Positions 36,169 through 48,066 of a stretch of 64,000 bases of DNA are shown here, piece after piece; the stretch's first letter is position 1; each line of letters begins with the position of its first letter. The stretch is taken from positions 21,848-85,847 of the forward strand of contig JBNJNM010000020.1 in the NCBI GenBank assembly GCA_052426225.1. The letters run 5' to 3'. The position numbers and the translations under genes were made by a program. Under the pieces are notes generated by a model. It was not told the origin of the DNA, did no database searches, and saw nothing but the letters and a program-made list of their open reading frames with translations. This DNA comes from Zancudomyces culisetae HAW-14-8. Taxonomy: Eukaryota > Fungi > Kickxellomycota.

Positions 36169-37632
36169 ATGGCGTTTTTCCAATCAAATCAACAAATTGA
36201 AAAAGAAAAACAAAGGCTTGTCAAGCTCCAGAATCTGCTCGAGAGAGATTTGGGTAAGACAGGTACAAATGTCAAGGCAAAGATCCTAAGTATGGCCAAA
36301 AGCTTGGACGATAGGAATAAAATGACTGTTTGGGTTGGATTGGGAGATTTTACAGCTAGAAAAATTTCAGTTGTAAGTACAGCTACTTTTCTTCTTTTTA
36401 GCCAAATCCAACTCTTTGGTGTCCACAGGCTTAACCTTTTTAACTATTAATGATTGTAGGGCGATGATAAATGCAAACAAATCGTATTAAGAGGACACAA
36501 AGGCCCGGTTACGTGCATTGGTGTAGTTCCAAAATATGCGAAGGGCAATACCGATAGTACAGAGCAGGAAGTGCCAGAATATGTATTGACTGGCTCGTGG
36601 GACAAAACAATCAGAATGTGGGACCCCCAAGTAAGTGTTTTCTTTAATCTATATATTTAGGAGAGCTTTTATTTTATTTTATTTTATTTTATTCTGGGGG
36701 TTGCTTTATGAAAGAGTGTGTTTATTTTAAAATGATAATAACAATTGCGTATAATAATAAAATTATTAATATAGACACAACAAACAGTGGCAGTATTCGA
36801 TGGTCACTCGGATTTTATAAAATGCTTAGAGGTGGATTTACACACCCAGACAATGTATTCAGGCTCTTCGGATAAGACCATCAAAGTTTGGGACTACAGC
36901 GCAGCTATACCCAGTAGCAGCACAGAGAACACAAATGCCAACAGCAAACCTGTTTCAATCCGGCCTATCCAAACGATTAAAGACGACCAGCTGATCAGAG
37001 GCCCCATTAACAAACTTCTCGTAAATGATGAGTTGTATTCTGTAGGGTCTGATTCTAAAGTAATACGATGGGAGCTTGAAAACCCAAATGATGAAAATAC
37101 AAACAGGCGTTTAACAAAGAAACACACCATATATTCCGGTCATTTGACCAGTGTTTACAGCATCAATGTAACTGATAACTCTATTTGGACAGGATCTGCA
37201 GATAAATTTGCATTGGAATTCGATAAACTTAACAATACTAAAGCCCAAACGAAATTTGAACACACCGATCCGATAAAATCCGTTTTGGTTATTCCTCAAC
37301 AACCTTACAACAACCTTTTTCTAGCTGGAGATAAAGAGGGAAACCTGCATATTTGGAAATCAGATAGTGACAAGTCTATGCTCGAGGCACACTTAGACTC
37401 CATCGAATCCATACTTCTTGTCAATTTGAATAAAAACGAACCCACTGTGCTTACAGGTTCCATTGATGGCTATGTAAAAGCGTGGAGTGTTCCTGATTTG
37501 TTTTCTTTCAAAAATGACGATGTGCCGGCAAACATACCATTGAATAACCAGGATATAGCACCAAACGGCTTGACGGCCGACGAAGATAAGGAGCTACAAG
37601 ACCTTTTAGATGAGCTGGATGACGATTACTAG
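36169..37632 (+). CDS. WD40-repeat protein; exons 36169-36372, 36460-36630, 36775-37632
   Basis: GHKGPVTC...TGSWDKTIRMWD, GHSDFIKCL...SGSSDKTIKVWD and TGSIDGYVKAW; in-frame GT-AG introns. Confidence 0.9.
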
Positions 37633-38018
37633 CCCTTTAGGTGTCTAGTTAATAGTATATTGATTTGCTCTATAGATTTTTCTTTCTTTTTTACAATATT
37701 TGTGATTAGAGTTGGTTTTCATGCTTACTAAATGATGGGGATGGTATAAGCGTCAACAGTGTTTCCAAAACCAGTTTCATTTTTTCCACTACCAATGAGG
37801 ATGCTTATCTGTGGGTTTTAGCTTTTTTTTTTTGTAAATTGTTGCAGAGAAAAAGTGATTTTGTTTAACTGGAATTCAAAAACGGTCTTAATTTATCTCT
37901 ACCGATTTACAAACCAAAACATTGAAATATCAAAGTATCGGAGTCTCAAAGCTACGATATTCAAAGAACAACAAGAGAAATTCAAGGAAAAGCGAGAGTA
38001 ATAAATAAATTTTGCAAA

Positions 38019-39419
38019 ATGCTCAAACTGCACAATCTTAAACGCCTCCAGGGCACTAGCATATGTTTAAAATCGCAGCTTGTGCAAGCTACAGAATTTA
38101 GACTTGGATCTACAAAGCACTTTTCTACATCAATCAGTTCAAGGATAAGTTCAACAAAAGCTGTAGTAATAGAAGTAGATGAAATACAGAAAAGTGACGG
38201 AGCTCGGGGCGAAAAAAGGCCTCTGAGCGAAAAAGTAAAAGTACTAAACATAAAACTGGACAGTTCGGGCAAAAATAAAGTGTTGATAAAGATGTTGGCA
38301 GCACCTATAAATCCCTCTGATATAAATCAAGTCGAAGGAGTGTACCCTATTAAGAAAAAACCACAGGAATACGTAGATGCCGATAGTGGCGAAAAGCTTA
38401 TGGGCTATATAGGGGGAAACGAGGGCGTTGCGCAGGTGGTAAAAATCGATTCGGCAATAAAGGATGAAATAAAAGTAGGTGACTGGGTGGCACCAAGGTA
38501 TCCTGGGTCCTTGGGGACATGGTCCGAATATGCGTACGCGGACGTTGAAGATCTTGTTAGAATCAGGCCCGCAGAAACGAATGAAATCGACAATAAAAGC
38601 GAATCCAGCACCATTGCTAGTGCTAAAACAGCCAAAATGATTACTCCTGAGGACCTATCGACAGTCAAAGTAAACGGTTCAACAGCGTATAGAATGCTAA
38701 GTGATTTTATGCAAGCAAAAAAGGATGGGAAGCAGGAAGACCAGTACGTAATACAAAATGGGGCCAACGGATCAGCGGGTCAGTATGTAATACAAATAGC
38801 TAAAGAACTTGGTCTCAAAACCATCAATGTGGTAAGGGATCGGGAAAACTTTGAGGAAACGAAGGCGCAGTTGTGTAAACTGGGGGCGGATATTGTGATT
38901 AAGGATTCTGAGCTGGTGGCAGGCAACAAATCGCCATCTGATACATATTTGCAAGTGTTGGCATTGTCAAAGAAAGGTTTGATCAAGCTGGGAATCAACT
39001 GTGTTGGAGGTGGAATAAAAAACAAAACCGGCTCAATCGAAATGGCCAAAATGCTGGCGAACAAATCCTACTATGTGACCTACGGTGCCATGTCAAAGCT
39101 ACCACTGGTTATTCCAGCGTCATTCCTGATTTTTAAGGACATCAGGTTTGTGGGATTCTGGGTTTCTCAGTGGTATGTTGAGCAACCTGTGCCAAAATGG
39201 CAGGAGATGTGGCAAGATTTGGGCCGTATGATTGCCGAAAATAAATTGAAACCCCAGCCCATGAATTCAATCGCTTGGCCAACTGTTTCCACAACCGCCA
39301 ACACCAGTAGCAGCCCACAAACTGAGAACACTAAACAATCCATTATGGGTATTCTATTCCCAACTTCAGTTGATGGCACTAAAAAGACGACTGCCAAGAA
39401 CTATTTCAAGTTTTATTAA
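38019..39419 (+). CDS. ETR1: Mitochondrial trans-2-enoyl-ACP/CoA reductase (MECR/Etr1)
   Basis: Basic presequence; LAAPINPSDINQVEGVYP, GGNEGV, TAYRML, IQNGANG and VTYGAMS...IFKDIRFVGFW. Confidence 0.93.
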   Translation: MLKLHNLKRLQGTSICLKSQLVQATEFRLGSTKHFSTSISSRISSTKAVVIEVDEIQKSDGARGEKRPLSEKVKVLNIKLDSSGKNKVLIKMLAAPINPSDINQVEGVYPIKKKPQEYVDADSGEKLMGYIGGNEGVAQVVKIDSAIKDEIKVGDWVAPRYPGSLGTWSEYAYADVEDLVRIRPAETNEIDNKSESSTIASAKTAKMITPEDLSTVKVNGSTAYRMLSDFMQAKKDGKQEDQYVIQNGANGSAGQYVIQIAKELGLKTINVVRDRENFEETKAQLCKLGADIVIKDSELVAGNKSPSDTYLQVLALSKKGLIKLGINCVGGGIKNKTGSIEMAKMLANKSYYVTYGAMSKLPLVIPASFLIFKDIRFVGFWVSQWYVEQPVPKWQEMWQDLGRMIAENKLKPQPMNSIAWPTVSTTANTSSSPQTENTKQSIMGILFPTSVDGTKKTTAKNYFKFY

Positions 39420-39442
39420 CAGTAAAAACGTAATAGAAATGG

Positions 39443-42277
39443 TTATAAAACACACCTATCTCTTAACCAACTCATAGTTGCCTCTGTTCCTTTTTCTAAA
39501 ATCTGTCTTTTAGGTACTCTGAATCTATTTCCTTCAAGTTGCAGGTGTTTTATACTAGCCACAAATCCTAGTTCTGGCGGAATTGCACGGATCTCATTAT
39601 CAGACAAGTCCACATTCACTAATCCCTCCAACACGCAAAAGTTATTTATATCTTCAATCATGTTCTTCTTCAATCGCAATGTTTCTAGTAGCCTAGTATT
39701 TAGTATTGTTTCTCTCAGTGTACATTTTGCGTCATCTTTGTCTTGGCTGTTTTCACGTGTTCGAATATCTGTTAATCTGTTGTTGCTCAAATCCAACTCT
39801 CTTAACTCTGGAAATACTTGTCCCAGTTTTAACACTCTTTCTTTGTTACCATAATGGTTCAAACCTCCAAAGTGTGATATCTTATTGTTTGATAGATTTA
39901 ACACCTTTGTTTTTGCTAGCTTTTGACCAACTAGACTCGTGTTTTCATTTCTCAAAACTTCATAAAGTTCGTCAACGTTCAACAGCTGATTGTTACTTAA
40001 ATCTATTTCTTCCAGTTCACCTGTGTTCATGATACATATTAATTCAACCACCTCCAGGGGTATTTTTTCTAATCGATTGTTCTTCAAAACCAATTTTCTA
40101 ACATCAACTCCAATATTCTGATTCTTTACCGCATCCAATAAAGTCTTGATACTGATATCTGAACCATTGGCTTCATCAAGCTTCAAAACATCCAGCTTTT
40201 CTGACAGATCCATGGTCTTTCCTCCAACACTTTCAACCAAAGCCTTTAGCTTTTTATCACACTTGTCTTCCATTGTTTCTTGAACCATTTCGTGCACACC
40301 TCCCCCACCACCTATCCTCTGTTCGTTTTTATCAATATCCATCCACTCAACATCGATATCACTTCTTCTTTCATCGCCCGCCCCCGACATCCCCTCAAAC
40401 CTTTTAAAGTGCGCCTCTAGATGGCTTCGTGTCGTTCCCTGTGGCCTAGCTGAAAGTGGGTTACCCTCAAAGTCAACTCCAATCAAATCGTCACACTGTT
40501 TTATCAACTCTCTCGGCAAGCGCTTTATACGATTGTTGGATATGTCAATCCTTCTCAACTTTAACTTTCCGTCACCATGCCGACTAAATATACCCGAAAT
40601 ATCCTCAATTCCATTCTCCGCGATAGAGAGTATGGTCAATCTTGGCATCTGCAACGGATTGATCACACATGGCATTTTTGTCATATTGTTTTTAGAAAGC
40701 ATTAATGTCGATAGATTTGGAAATCGGATTTTATCTTGGTTCGCCTCATCTTTAAAAAGGCTTCTCAGTTCATTTCCACTAGCATCTAGGTACACAATAT
40801 TATCCAGTCCAATTTCGCCATCAACAGAATCCCCAAATTCAAATAAATACTCAAGTTTATTGTTTGATAAACCTAGTTCTTCCACGCCTCTTAGCCAACC
40901 TACACCCCTTGGCATCTCAGTGATGGTGTTGTTGCTCAGCTCAACCTTCTTTAATACCTGCATACCTTCCAGTTGGCTCTTGACCTTCTCAATCTTGTTG
41001 TTCGAAAGATCTAGTATCTTCAAACTTTTCTTTAAGCCGCCCATATCACTAGGTAGAATGGATATCTCATTTTTTTGCAAATATACCTCCTCTATACCTT
41101 CCAGTTCTGTGAGTACACTTGGAAACTCAGTAAATTTGTTTCCTGCAAGAGATACAACAGTTAAGTAATTAAACTCGCCAAAACTCGTGGGTAGCTGTTT
41201 AATTAAGTTGTAACTGAGATCAAGATGCTCCAGAGAGTTGAATACATTTATTTTCTCCTCGACCATCTCAATCTCATTCCCTGAAAAGTTCATGTACGTC
41301 ATTGCCTCATTTTCCCACCATTTTTCGGTGGAATCTGTGCCCAAATCCATATCTATAGCGCTCCTCTGTGCTTCATACATGTCATACACTGCCTTGGGAA
41401 TTTCTTTCAAGCCTCTATTGCTTAAATTTAGCCTTCCTTCTTTCCGTGCTCTCTGTATCATCTGCTGGAATATTTCGCTTTCGTCCATCTTTCTCTGCTT
41501 TACTCTCCATGGCTTAACCACCTCGGTTTTCCCCTTATCAGTAGTAGATGTGTGCAAGCTTGCTGCTCCTGCCCTAAAATTATTTTTACTTTGCACTGAT
41601 CTCGTCGCCGTGTCACTAACGTTTTTATTTAAAGCGTTTATTGTGTTATTTCTTGTGTACCTCCGTTCCACAGCAAGGCCCTGTTGAGACGAAACTTTGT
41701 TTGTATTCAAAACAGGATTCTTTTTAAACTCTGGAGAAATCTTCGAGAGTGAGAGATTTGTGTCTTTAGATACCAGATCTCTACCTACCGTGGTACCTTG
41801 TGCATTTACCTGTTGAAAACCAACTCTGGTAACGTTTGCCCTAGTAGAAAAAACCGAGCGATCCACCTTTCCAGTGTCTGTACGCATCGATGAAGTAAAT
41901 GTATTCGTTACAGCCGTTTTTCGAACGCTGGGTTGAAATGTTTTTCTTTCTGTCCCGCTTGCACCTTTGGCTTTAAGATCGTCGGATGGTTTGGTATATG
42001 AAGCATCACCGTCACGTCGAATGGTAGGGATTTTTTTGATTGATGCTATGTTTGTTGTTGGTATTCCTGTCTTTTTAGTCTGATTATCGCCTCCATCACT
42101 TTTCTCTGGGATTTTGGGGCCAACTCCAATCAACGAGAGCTTTTGAGGCGGGATTGACTCGTCACTATCTTTAGTAGCCGTACCTTTCCTAGAATTTGTA
42201 TAGGTTGTGGGCGATCTAACCCCATACCCACTGCTCTTCACGTGTTGATATTTGTTTGTTCTTTTTACACCATCCAT
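39443..42277 (-). CDS. Leucine-rich repeat protein, LRRC40-like, with long basic disordered N-terminus
   Basis: ARKEGRLNLSNRGLKEIP..VY, KWWE, many LxxLDLSxN repeats, and C-terminal IPPELG...LEGNRFRVPKRQILEKGT...LRDR; first ATG at 42277. Confidence 0.88.
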   Translation of the reverse strand: MDGVKRTNKYQHVKSSGYGVRSPTTYTNSRKGTATKDSDESIPPQKLSLIGVGPKIPEKSDGGDNQTKKTGIPTTNIASIKKIPTIRRDGDASYTKPSDDLKAKGASGTERKTFQPSVRKTAVTNTFTSSMRTDTGKVDRSVFSTRANVTRVGFQQVNAQGTTVGRDLVSKDTNLSLSKISPEFKKNPVLNTNKVSSQQGLAVERRYTRNNTINALNKNVSDTATRSVQSKNNFRAGAASLHTSTTDKGKTEVVKPWRVKQRKMDESEIFQQMIQRARKEGRLNLSNRGLKEIPKAVYDMYEAQRSAIDMDLGTDSTEKWWENEAMTYMNFSGNEIEMVEEKINVFNSLEHLDLSYNLIKQLPTSFGEFNYLTVVSLAGNKFTEFPSVLTELEGIEEVYLQKNEISILPSDMGGLKKSLKILDLSNNKIEKVKSQLEGMQVLKKVELSNNTITEMPRGVGWLRGVEELGLSNNKLEYLFEFGDSVDGEIGLDNIVYLDASGNELRSLFKDEANQDKIRFPNLSTLMLSKNNMTKMPCVINPLQMPRLTILSIAENGIEDISGIFSRHGDGKLKLRRIDISNNRIKRLPRELIKQCDDLIGVDFEGNPLSARPQGTTRSHLEAHFKRFEGMSGAGDERRSDIDVEWMDIDKNEQRIGGGGGVHEMVQETMEDKCDKKLKALVESVGGKTMDLSEKLDVLKLDEANGSDISIKTLLDAVKNQNIGVDVRKLVLKNNRLEKIPLEVVELICIMNTGELEEIDLSNNQLLNVDELYEVLRNENTSLVGQKLAKTKVLNLSNNKISHFGGLNHYGNKERVLKLGQVFPELRELDLSNNRLTDIRTRENSQDKDDAKCTLRETILNTRLLETLRLKKNMIEDINNFCVLEGLVNVDLSDNEIRAIPPELGFVASIKHLQLEGNRFRVPKRQILEKGTEATMSWLRDRCVL

Positions 42278-42923
42278 TTGTACGATACTAACATTGAGCC
42301 TTGGCGCTTTAAAACGCAAACCAAAAGAGAAACAATAAGTATTTAAATAGAATACAATTTTTGGTTTCTTGGTTGGGTTGTATCCTTTATTTTTGGAAAA
42401 GTGGAGACAACAAATAAAGCGGGGTAAAGGTTTGAAATGCCAGAAATTCAATCCGGGAAAAAATAGTCAGAAAGGTGATAAGGTCACTAATCTCGTAAAA
42501 TGGTAAAGTGTACCAAAGATACGAATTTACACATGGTTCCTATAATAAATGGTGTAGAGTAGATCATGTTTAAGCCATGGACGTAATATGACACGCTGTG
42601 TTACTACTGAGTAGTAAAAGTCGCATATACCCACTACTCAGCAGTCATATTTCGGCTTAAATGTAAAACCAGGCGCTCAAGCTTATGTACTCGAGTATAA
42701 ATCAGTTTATTGATTATTTAAATACCTAACCTAAAACAAACATCAGATACAAAATAAATCAATTATGTGACATTCAGATAATGCTAAAACATGTAAAATG
42801 CCAATGTGATGATAATAGTCATAGTAATAGTCATAGTAATGGTCATAGTGTGTTGATGATACAGCGTTTCAAAAATCACACCCTCTCCATTCCCTTCTTC
42901 TTTTTGACTCATTCATTCTTTTA

Positions 42924-43286
42924 CTAAAGCCAGTAGTACAAGATTCTCGCTGAGCTGTAGTACTTGTATGTTGACCCCAATCTCTTTTGTAAGTGTGCCT
43001 GTTCTTCACTAAACATCTGGTCCAAGTACTGGACAACCTCTGCTGCCTTTTCTGATTTGCCTGTATCTGGTGACTGCATTTCCTCCTTCAACTTTGTCAT
43101 GATTGCACGATCACTGGCTGCTTCTCCGTTCCCAACCATAATTACTGGCACCATGTTTGAGTTTCCAGTAACTGGTGTGTCTCTTGGCAATCCGTTGTTG
43201 TCTTGGACATTGATTGGTGCCGCTGGCATAGAAAGCACCCCTGTAACCAAACCGGCGGTCATAAATGTAGCTGCTGAGATTCTCAT
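42924..43286 (-). CDS. Secreted prepro-peptide precursor, copy A (120 aa; KR-released C-terminal 18-mer)
   Basis: MRISAATFMTAGLVTGVLS signal peptide, ~80-aa pro-region, LQKR|LGSTYKYYSSARILYYWL*; TATAAATA ~130 bp upstream. Confidence 0.85.
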   Translation of the reverse strand: MRISAATFMTAGLVTGVLSMPAAPINVQDNNGLPRDTPVTGNSNMVPVIMVGNGEAASDRAIMTKLKEEMQSPDTGKSEKAAEVVQYLDQMFSEEQAHLQKRLGSTYKYYSSARILYYWL

Positions 43287-43429
43287 TTTTGTGGTTTTTA
43301 CTTGAGTGTAGATGGTGTTTTGTATTGTATTGTTTTGTTTTGTTTGTATCAAACGGTTTTGTATCAATTGATATTGTGTGTAGATGATAAAATAAAGGAT
43401 GTAGTGAAGGGTATTTATACCTGTTTTGG

Positions 43430-43563
43430 ATGTATGTGTATATTTGTGTATGTGTATGACTATGTGTATATTTGTGTATATTTGTGTATATTTGTGTATA
43501 TTTGTGTATATTTGTGTATGCGTATATTTGTGTATGCGTATATTTGTGTATGCGTATATTTGT
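43430..43563. repeat. Compound (ATATTTGTGT / ATATTTGTGTATGCGT)n repeat next to the TATA box of copy A
   Basis: Direct reading; the partner at ~58022-58140 has a different unit arrangement. Confidence 0.9.
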
Positions 43564-43790
43564 AATGCTATTTAATCTACATTTACTTTGCTTCTTAAAA
43601 CTCAGTTCATATCTTAAACCATGTACTTTTTAAAAGATCATTGTACCTGTTCCTTGAAATTATCCACTAATGTTTTATAAAGGCATCTTTTAGACAAACT
43701 GTTTGTGAGTAATGAAATATAACACATTGTATTCTCGATCCTTGTAACATTTTAACTTCCAAAGGTCTTTATAAGCATTGTTTCATTTTG

Positions 43791-43874
43791 CACTTTCCAC
43801 TTTCCACTTTCCACTTTCCACTTTCCACTTTCCACTTTCCACTTTCCACTTTCCACTTTCCACTTTCCATTTTC
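43791..43874. repeat. (CACTTTC)n heptamer array, 12 units
   Basis: 11 perfect units plus one CATTTTC. Confidence 0.95.
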
Positions 43875-46800
43875 CTCAGTGTAATTTATCTACTACTATG
43901 TCCATTTATATTCTTACCAAATCTTAGCTTTACCAATGACGTTTACTGGTTGAACTGCAGCAATCAAATGTGGTGGTTTTAAAGCCAGATAAAGTTTTGG
44001 TATTTAAAAAGGATCTTTGAAATTCTAAACCATCTTCAATTTCCATCACTTTTATAATGGGTCTTTTAATTTTGTGCAAAATACTAAGAGCTTTCTGTTT
44101 ACACGTTTGGATAATTAAGGTTGGTAAATGGATGTGTATTTGGACTAAATAGCCATAACGAATACATTTATGGATTACAAAACACTTAGTATACAATTTT
44201 TGATCTGTTTCTTCCTTCAAAACACGTACTCGAGTGTTTCACCAAAGAATATCAAAAGTAGATCAGTGAATAATGGTTGGTAATTAATAACTAATGGTCA
44301 ATGAGCTAGGATATGCACTAACAACCCAACAATATCTAACTCTTCTGTTTTTTTCAGTAACAAACTGATCCAAAAAATATACTTTTTCAAACAACCACCG
44401 TATCTACAACCAGCATTTCAAAATGTATTCTGTGACTTTTTCTGCATTTTTACATGGTTCAAATCAACCAAGTACCAGAATACACACCACATTGAACGTT
44501 GTTTAGTAAACAACGATATTGGCTGAGGTAGTAGTTGATATACCTCATTTTTAATTTCTATCGTCACTAAAAAGTAGCAAACAACAGAAAATGAACAAAA
44601 AAAGTACAAATGGACAAAACAAGATCCAATGCGCTACAACTACATACACTACTATTGAGAAATAGTCAAACATGAAATGGTATAGCATTAATGCCCAGAC
44701 TGTACTTTTATCGAGTGTTCTATTTACATGTTTGTATTTGAACATTATGCCATTTATTGGCTATCAAAACTGACAATATACTAGCAGTTAGTCATTATTA
44801 ATGCTATTATTATCACTCACAAACTCACAAACTCACAAACTCATAAAAATAGATACCACACAAATCTCCGAAACGCAGAGTGTGTCTGTAGTAATAGCGA
44901 AAAATACTGAATTGTAAGAGTAAAAAACTCAGGATTTATTACGACTGTGTAACATTTTGTACGCTTGTGGTATAAAAAAGTCAAACAAAGCAAGGTATGG
45001 TATAAGAGTGGAAATGAGATGGGAATAGATAAAGGCAAATAGTATCATATCACCCAACACCAAGTTTACAGAGTAGAAGCGAGTGAGGTGGAATTGAATG
45101 ATATTTCTATTAATGTGTCTGTCTAGAATGTCGTACAGTGGTGAATAAATTCACATATCGGATATCGGATATCGGATATTTGTAGAGCTACTAATTGACC
45201 AATACGTATATCACTCCTTTTTTTGACCATTCAATTATTTGTTTTTGTTATTATTTTAGAAATTCCCGACTCTCAATAGGAACGGTTGGGCATTAGCTAT
45301 TTTAAATTGATGTTGTTATTATTTTCAATGCAATTTTAGCACTTTCAGCCATGTGGAGTAATCTGGCATAATTTTTTTAGATTTCATAAACAAGCCAATC
45401 TAAACACAGAATTTTTACTATTTGCGTAAATTTGATCAAGAAAATTAATGAACATAATGTAGTTTGGGGCTCTTCGCAGTTTTATGTGAAGCTTTGAAAA
45501 ATAGACATCCGTCTTTTATTTTTGAAAATGATACTCAGGTTATAGCATTATTCTCAATCCTTATACATTTAGATGAATAGATTATCTGGATGCTTATTAT
45601 TTAATGGGTGATATGTCGCTTTCGATCACGTCCATATATTTTAATACAGGACTATGAATTGATAATCCTTGGGCAGACTGTTATTGTTATCTGGGTTCAG
45701 TTAAAGTGGGCTTATAGCTTGCCTGTTTTTTTCAATCAATTGATGTAAAAAATGAGATTATTATGGATTTAATGTGTTTACTTGTAAGTAAAATTTTATG
45801 ATACAGGAAACGATAATCACAAATGGGATAAAGGTACCAATTCAAGCTGACGATTTCCGAAAGAGTATTTCTAGTAACATGAAAGTAAGATGATGGATAA
45901 AAAAAAAGTTATTACTCTTGCTTATTGTTGTTATAGCGGCAAATAAGCAAATGAGCTATACGTGCTCCATGGTGAAAAAAAAATCAGTGTGAAACTAGAA
46001 GTGTAGTTTTTATTTGTTTAGTGTCCAAAGCCAAAGCAAATGTTGGTAACTAGAGACGTCTTTTGTGGAGATATCAGTACAAAAGCCATGTAACTATGAA
46101 AAGTTTTGGGAGGAGGAGGTAAAATAGCAAGCTCTGCGCTTATAACAGCAGTTATTAAAGTGATACAACACTTTTGGTATTTTTATCACTAATCTTTTTT
46201 TTGGGGGAGGCGGTGGTGGTGGTAATGATGAAATTCATGAATGGGTAGAGAGGAGGGAGAGGGGTTAGTTCAGCGAAACAAAAAGCTAGATGTATTATCA
46301 TTTTGTTTGATTTTGGGTATTTTATTACCAAATTAAATTATTTTTTGAACGAAAAAAGATAAATTGGGTAGAACCTGAGTGTAAATAATAATCGATGCGA
46401 TCTGTATGGTGAAAAATAGCAGTATTGTATTGGTGTGCTAATTTTCATTATTTTGTGTAGGTTTGAGTGTGGAAAGTTGTGAGAAGTTATAGAAAAGCTG
46501 AATATACTCATAAAATGTATGTATAATCCACAGATAAAAGAGTGTCTGGTGGGGATATTAGGGTTATTGCCAATTGCAAGTTGTTTCCTCAAATCTCATC
46601 ACATGGTGAATATGTATTTTGCTTATTTATAAATAAATTGAATAAGTTTGGACCTATTCACTTATTAGGCTGTTATTGGTGGAATAGTTATAAATTGCTA
46701 ATTGAAAGAAATAAAGTTTAAGTATGGCAATAGAATCATATGAGGATTTGTAATAAGTGCAGCTAAAGCAGATATTATGGCGCTATTAAATGCATGTCGA

Positions 46801-47018
46801 TTGTAAAATAATCATAATTATTAATATAAACGTAAACTGTTCTCCTCAAACAAGTATATGAAAAGAACATGTTGTTAGCACCAGCATTTTCAAATGTAAA
46901 ACAACAAGAGTTTAAGATCAAGAGAATAATCAAACTTGCTGCGGTATGCATCGAGGTTGAACGAGTGTGGAAATAAATAAATAGGTATTAGTGCGCGGGG
47001 ATAGGTAAGGAATAAGTA

Positions 47019-47085
47019 GGGGAATGGGTAGAGGAGTGGGTAGAGGAGTGGGTAGAGGAGTGGGTAGGGGTTAGGGTAGAGGGAG
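47019..47085 (+). repeat. G-rich (GGGTAGAGGAGT)n tandem repeat, possible G-quadruplex
   Basis: About eight GGG tracts within ~65 bp. Confidence 0.65.
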
Positions 47086-48066
47086 TATATATGTTGGTTG
47101 AATGTGTGAATGAATGAATGTAAAAACGATTTCCTTTGTTTTACTTGCAACCAAGGAAAATGAACCGATGAATGGTTTTAAAGTATTATTAGTAGTAATT
47201 GCGAGATTTACAAATCAAAGTTGATTTCAATCCATTTTTTTTTGTAATGGAATGCAAATTCCCAACCAAAAGGAGAATATTTGCAGAAAAAAATAGTTCA
47301 AAAGGCTGATTAAAATGCAGATTTAATAAAAGCAGCAAAAATAAAAAATATAAAAATAAAAAAGCTTGGTAAACCATTTATGGCATTTAGTCTTGTGCTA
47401 TACATTATTCTCGGCTTTTAATTATTTTGTTCAACTTCATCTTCCCTGCATACTTATTTAAGTATGGACCAAAAGTTTTGAAGTAAAAGGGAGCTTATTT
47501 CCAGATAAATAGATAGAAGAATATTTACGATAACTGTAGGCGTATACTGAACGAAATACTAAAAGCCTGAAGCTGTAAAAGTATATAATAAATGCAACAA
47601 TAAAAGCAAAAAAAAAGTAATAAACAGAGGGTTTAAGAGGAACAGATTTATGAATTAGATATATATAACGTCAAAAAACGGCTAATTTGGTAGAGTCCAG
47701 ATATTAATTGCAAATAGAATTTATGGTTTACTGCAAAAAAAAAAGCATAATAAGTTTGAACAAGAGCAGTTACATTCAGTACAAAGATTGTAAACAATAT
47801 ATGAATAACGACATTGGGGGATGCACACATAAAGGAACAGACATCATATTAAAGAAAATAGAGTAAAAAGGACAATATAATAATTTTTAGCAGCGCTACA
47901 CGACACGTAAAAGAGAAAGCAAAATAAGCGTGTGCAAAGAGTGGCAGAAATAAAGAAAGAAGCAAATATAGAAATAGAACTACTTAATTCAACGAATTCT
48001 CGGTACGTATAAGAGAAACTTGTAGAAAACTCATAAAGAATAGAAAAAGAAAAAAGAAGAAAAAAA

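Larger units (their letters stand above)
42520..45221 (-). repeat. Left arm of ~2.7-kb inverted duplication
   Basis: Reverse complement of 56350-59049; mirrored ORF-track entries on opposite strands; only scattered SNPs/indels and microsatellite length differences. Confidence 0.97.

Noticed and set aside
40533-41687. Long antisense ORFs over LRR, ankyrin, G6PD, ETR1 and PIN4 genes
   Set aside because: Shadow ORFs of real genes on the opposite strand, with no independent coding signal.
43791-43874. CRISPR-like or telomeric array; ORFs with HFPLSTF or YICV repeats
   Set aside because: These are simple tandem microsatellites without spacers, and the ORFs are by-products of the repeats.
47070-47076. 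TTAGGG telomere seed
   Set aside because: A single unit inside a different G-rich repeat.
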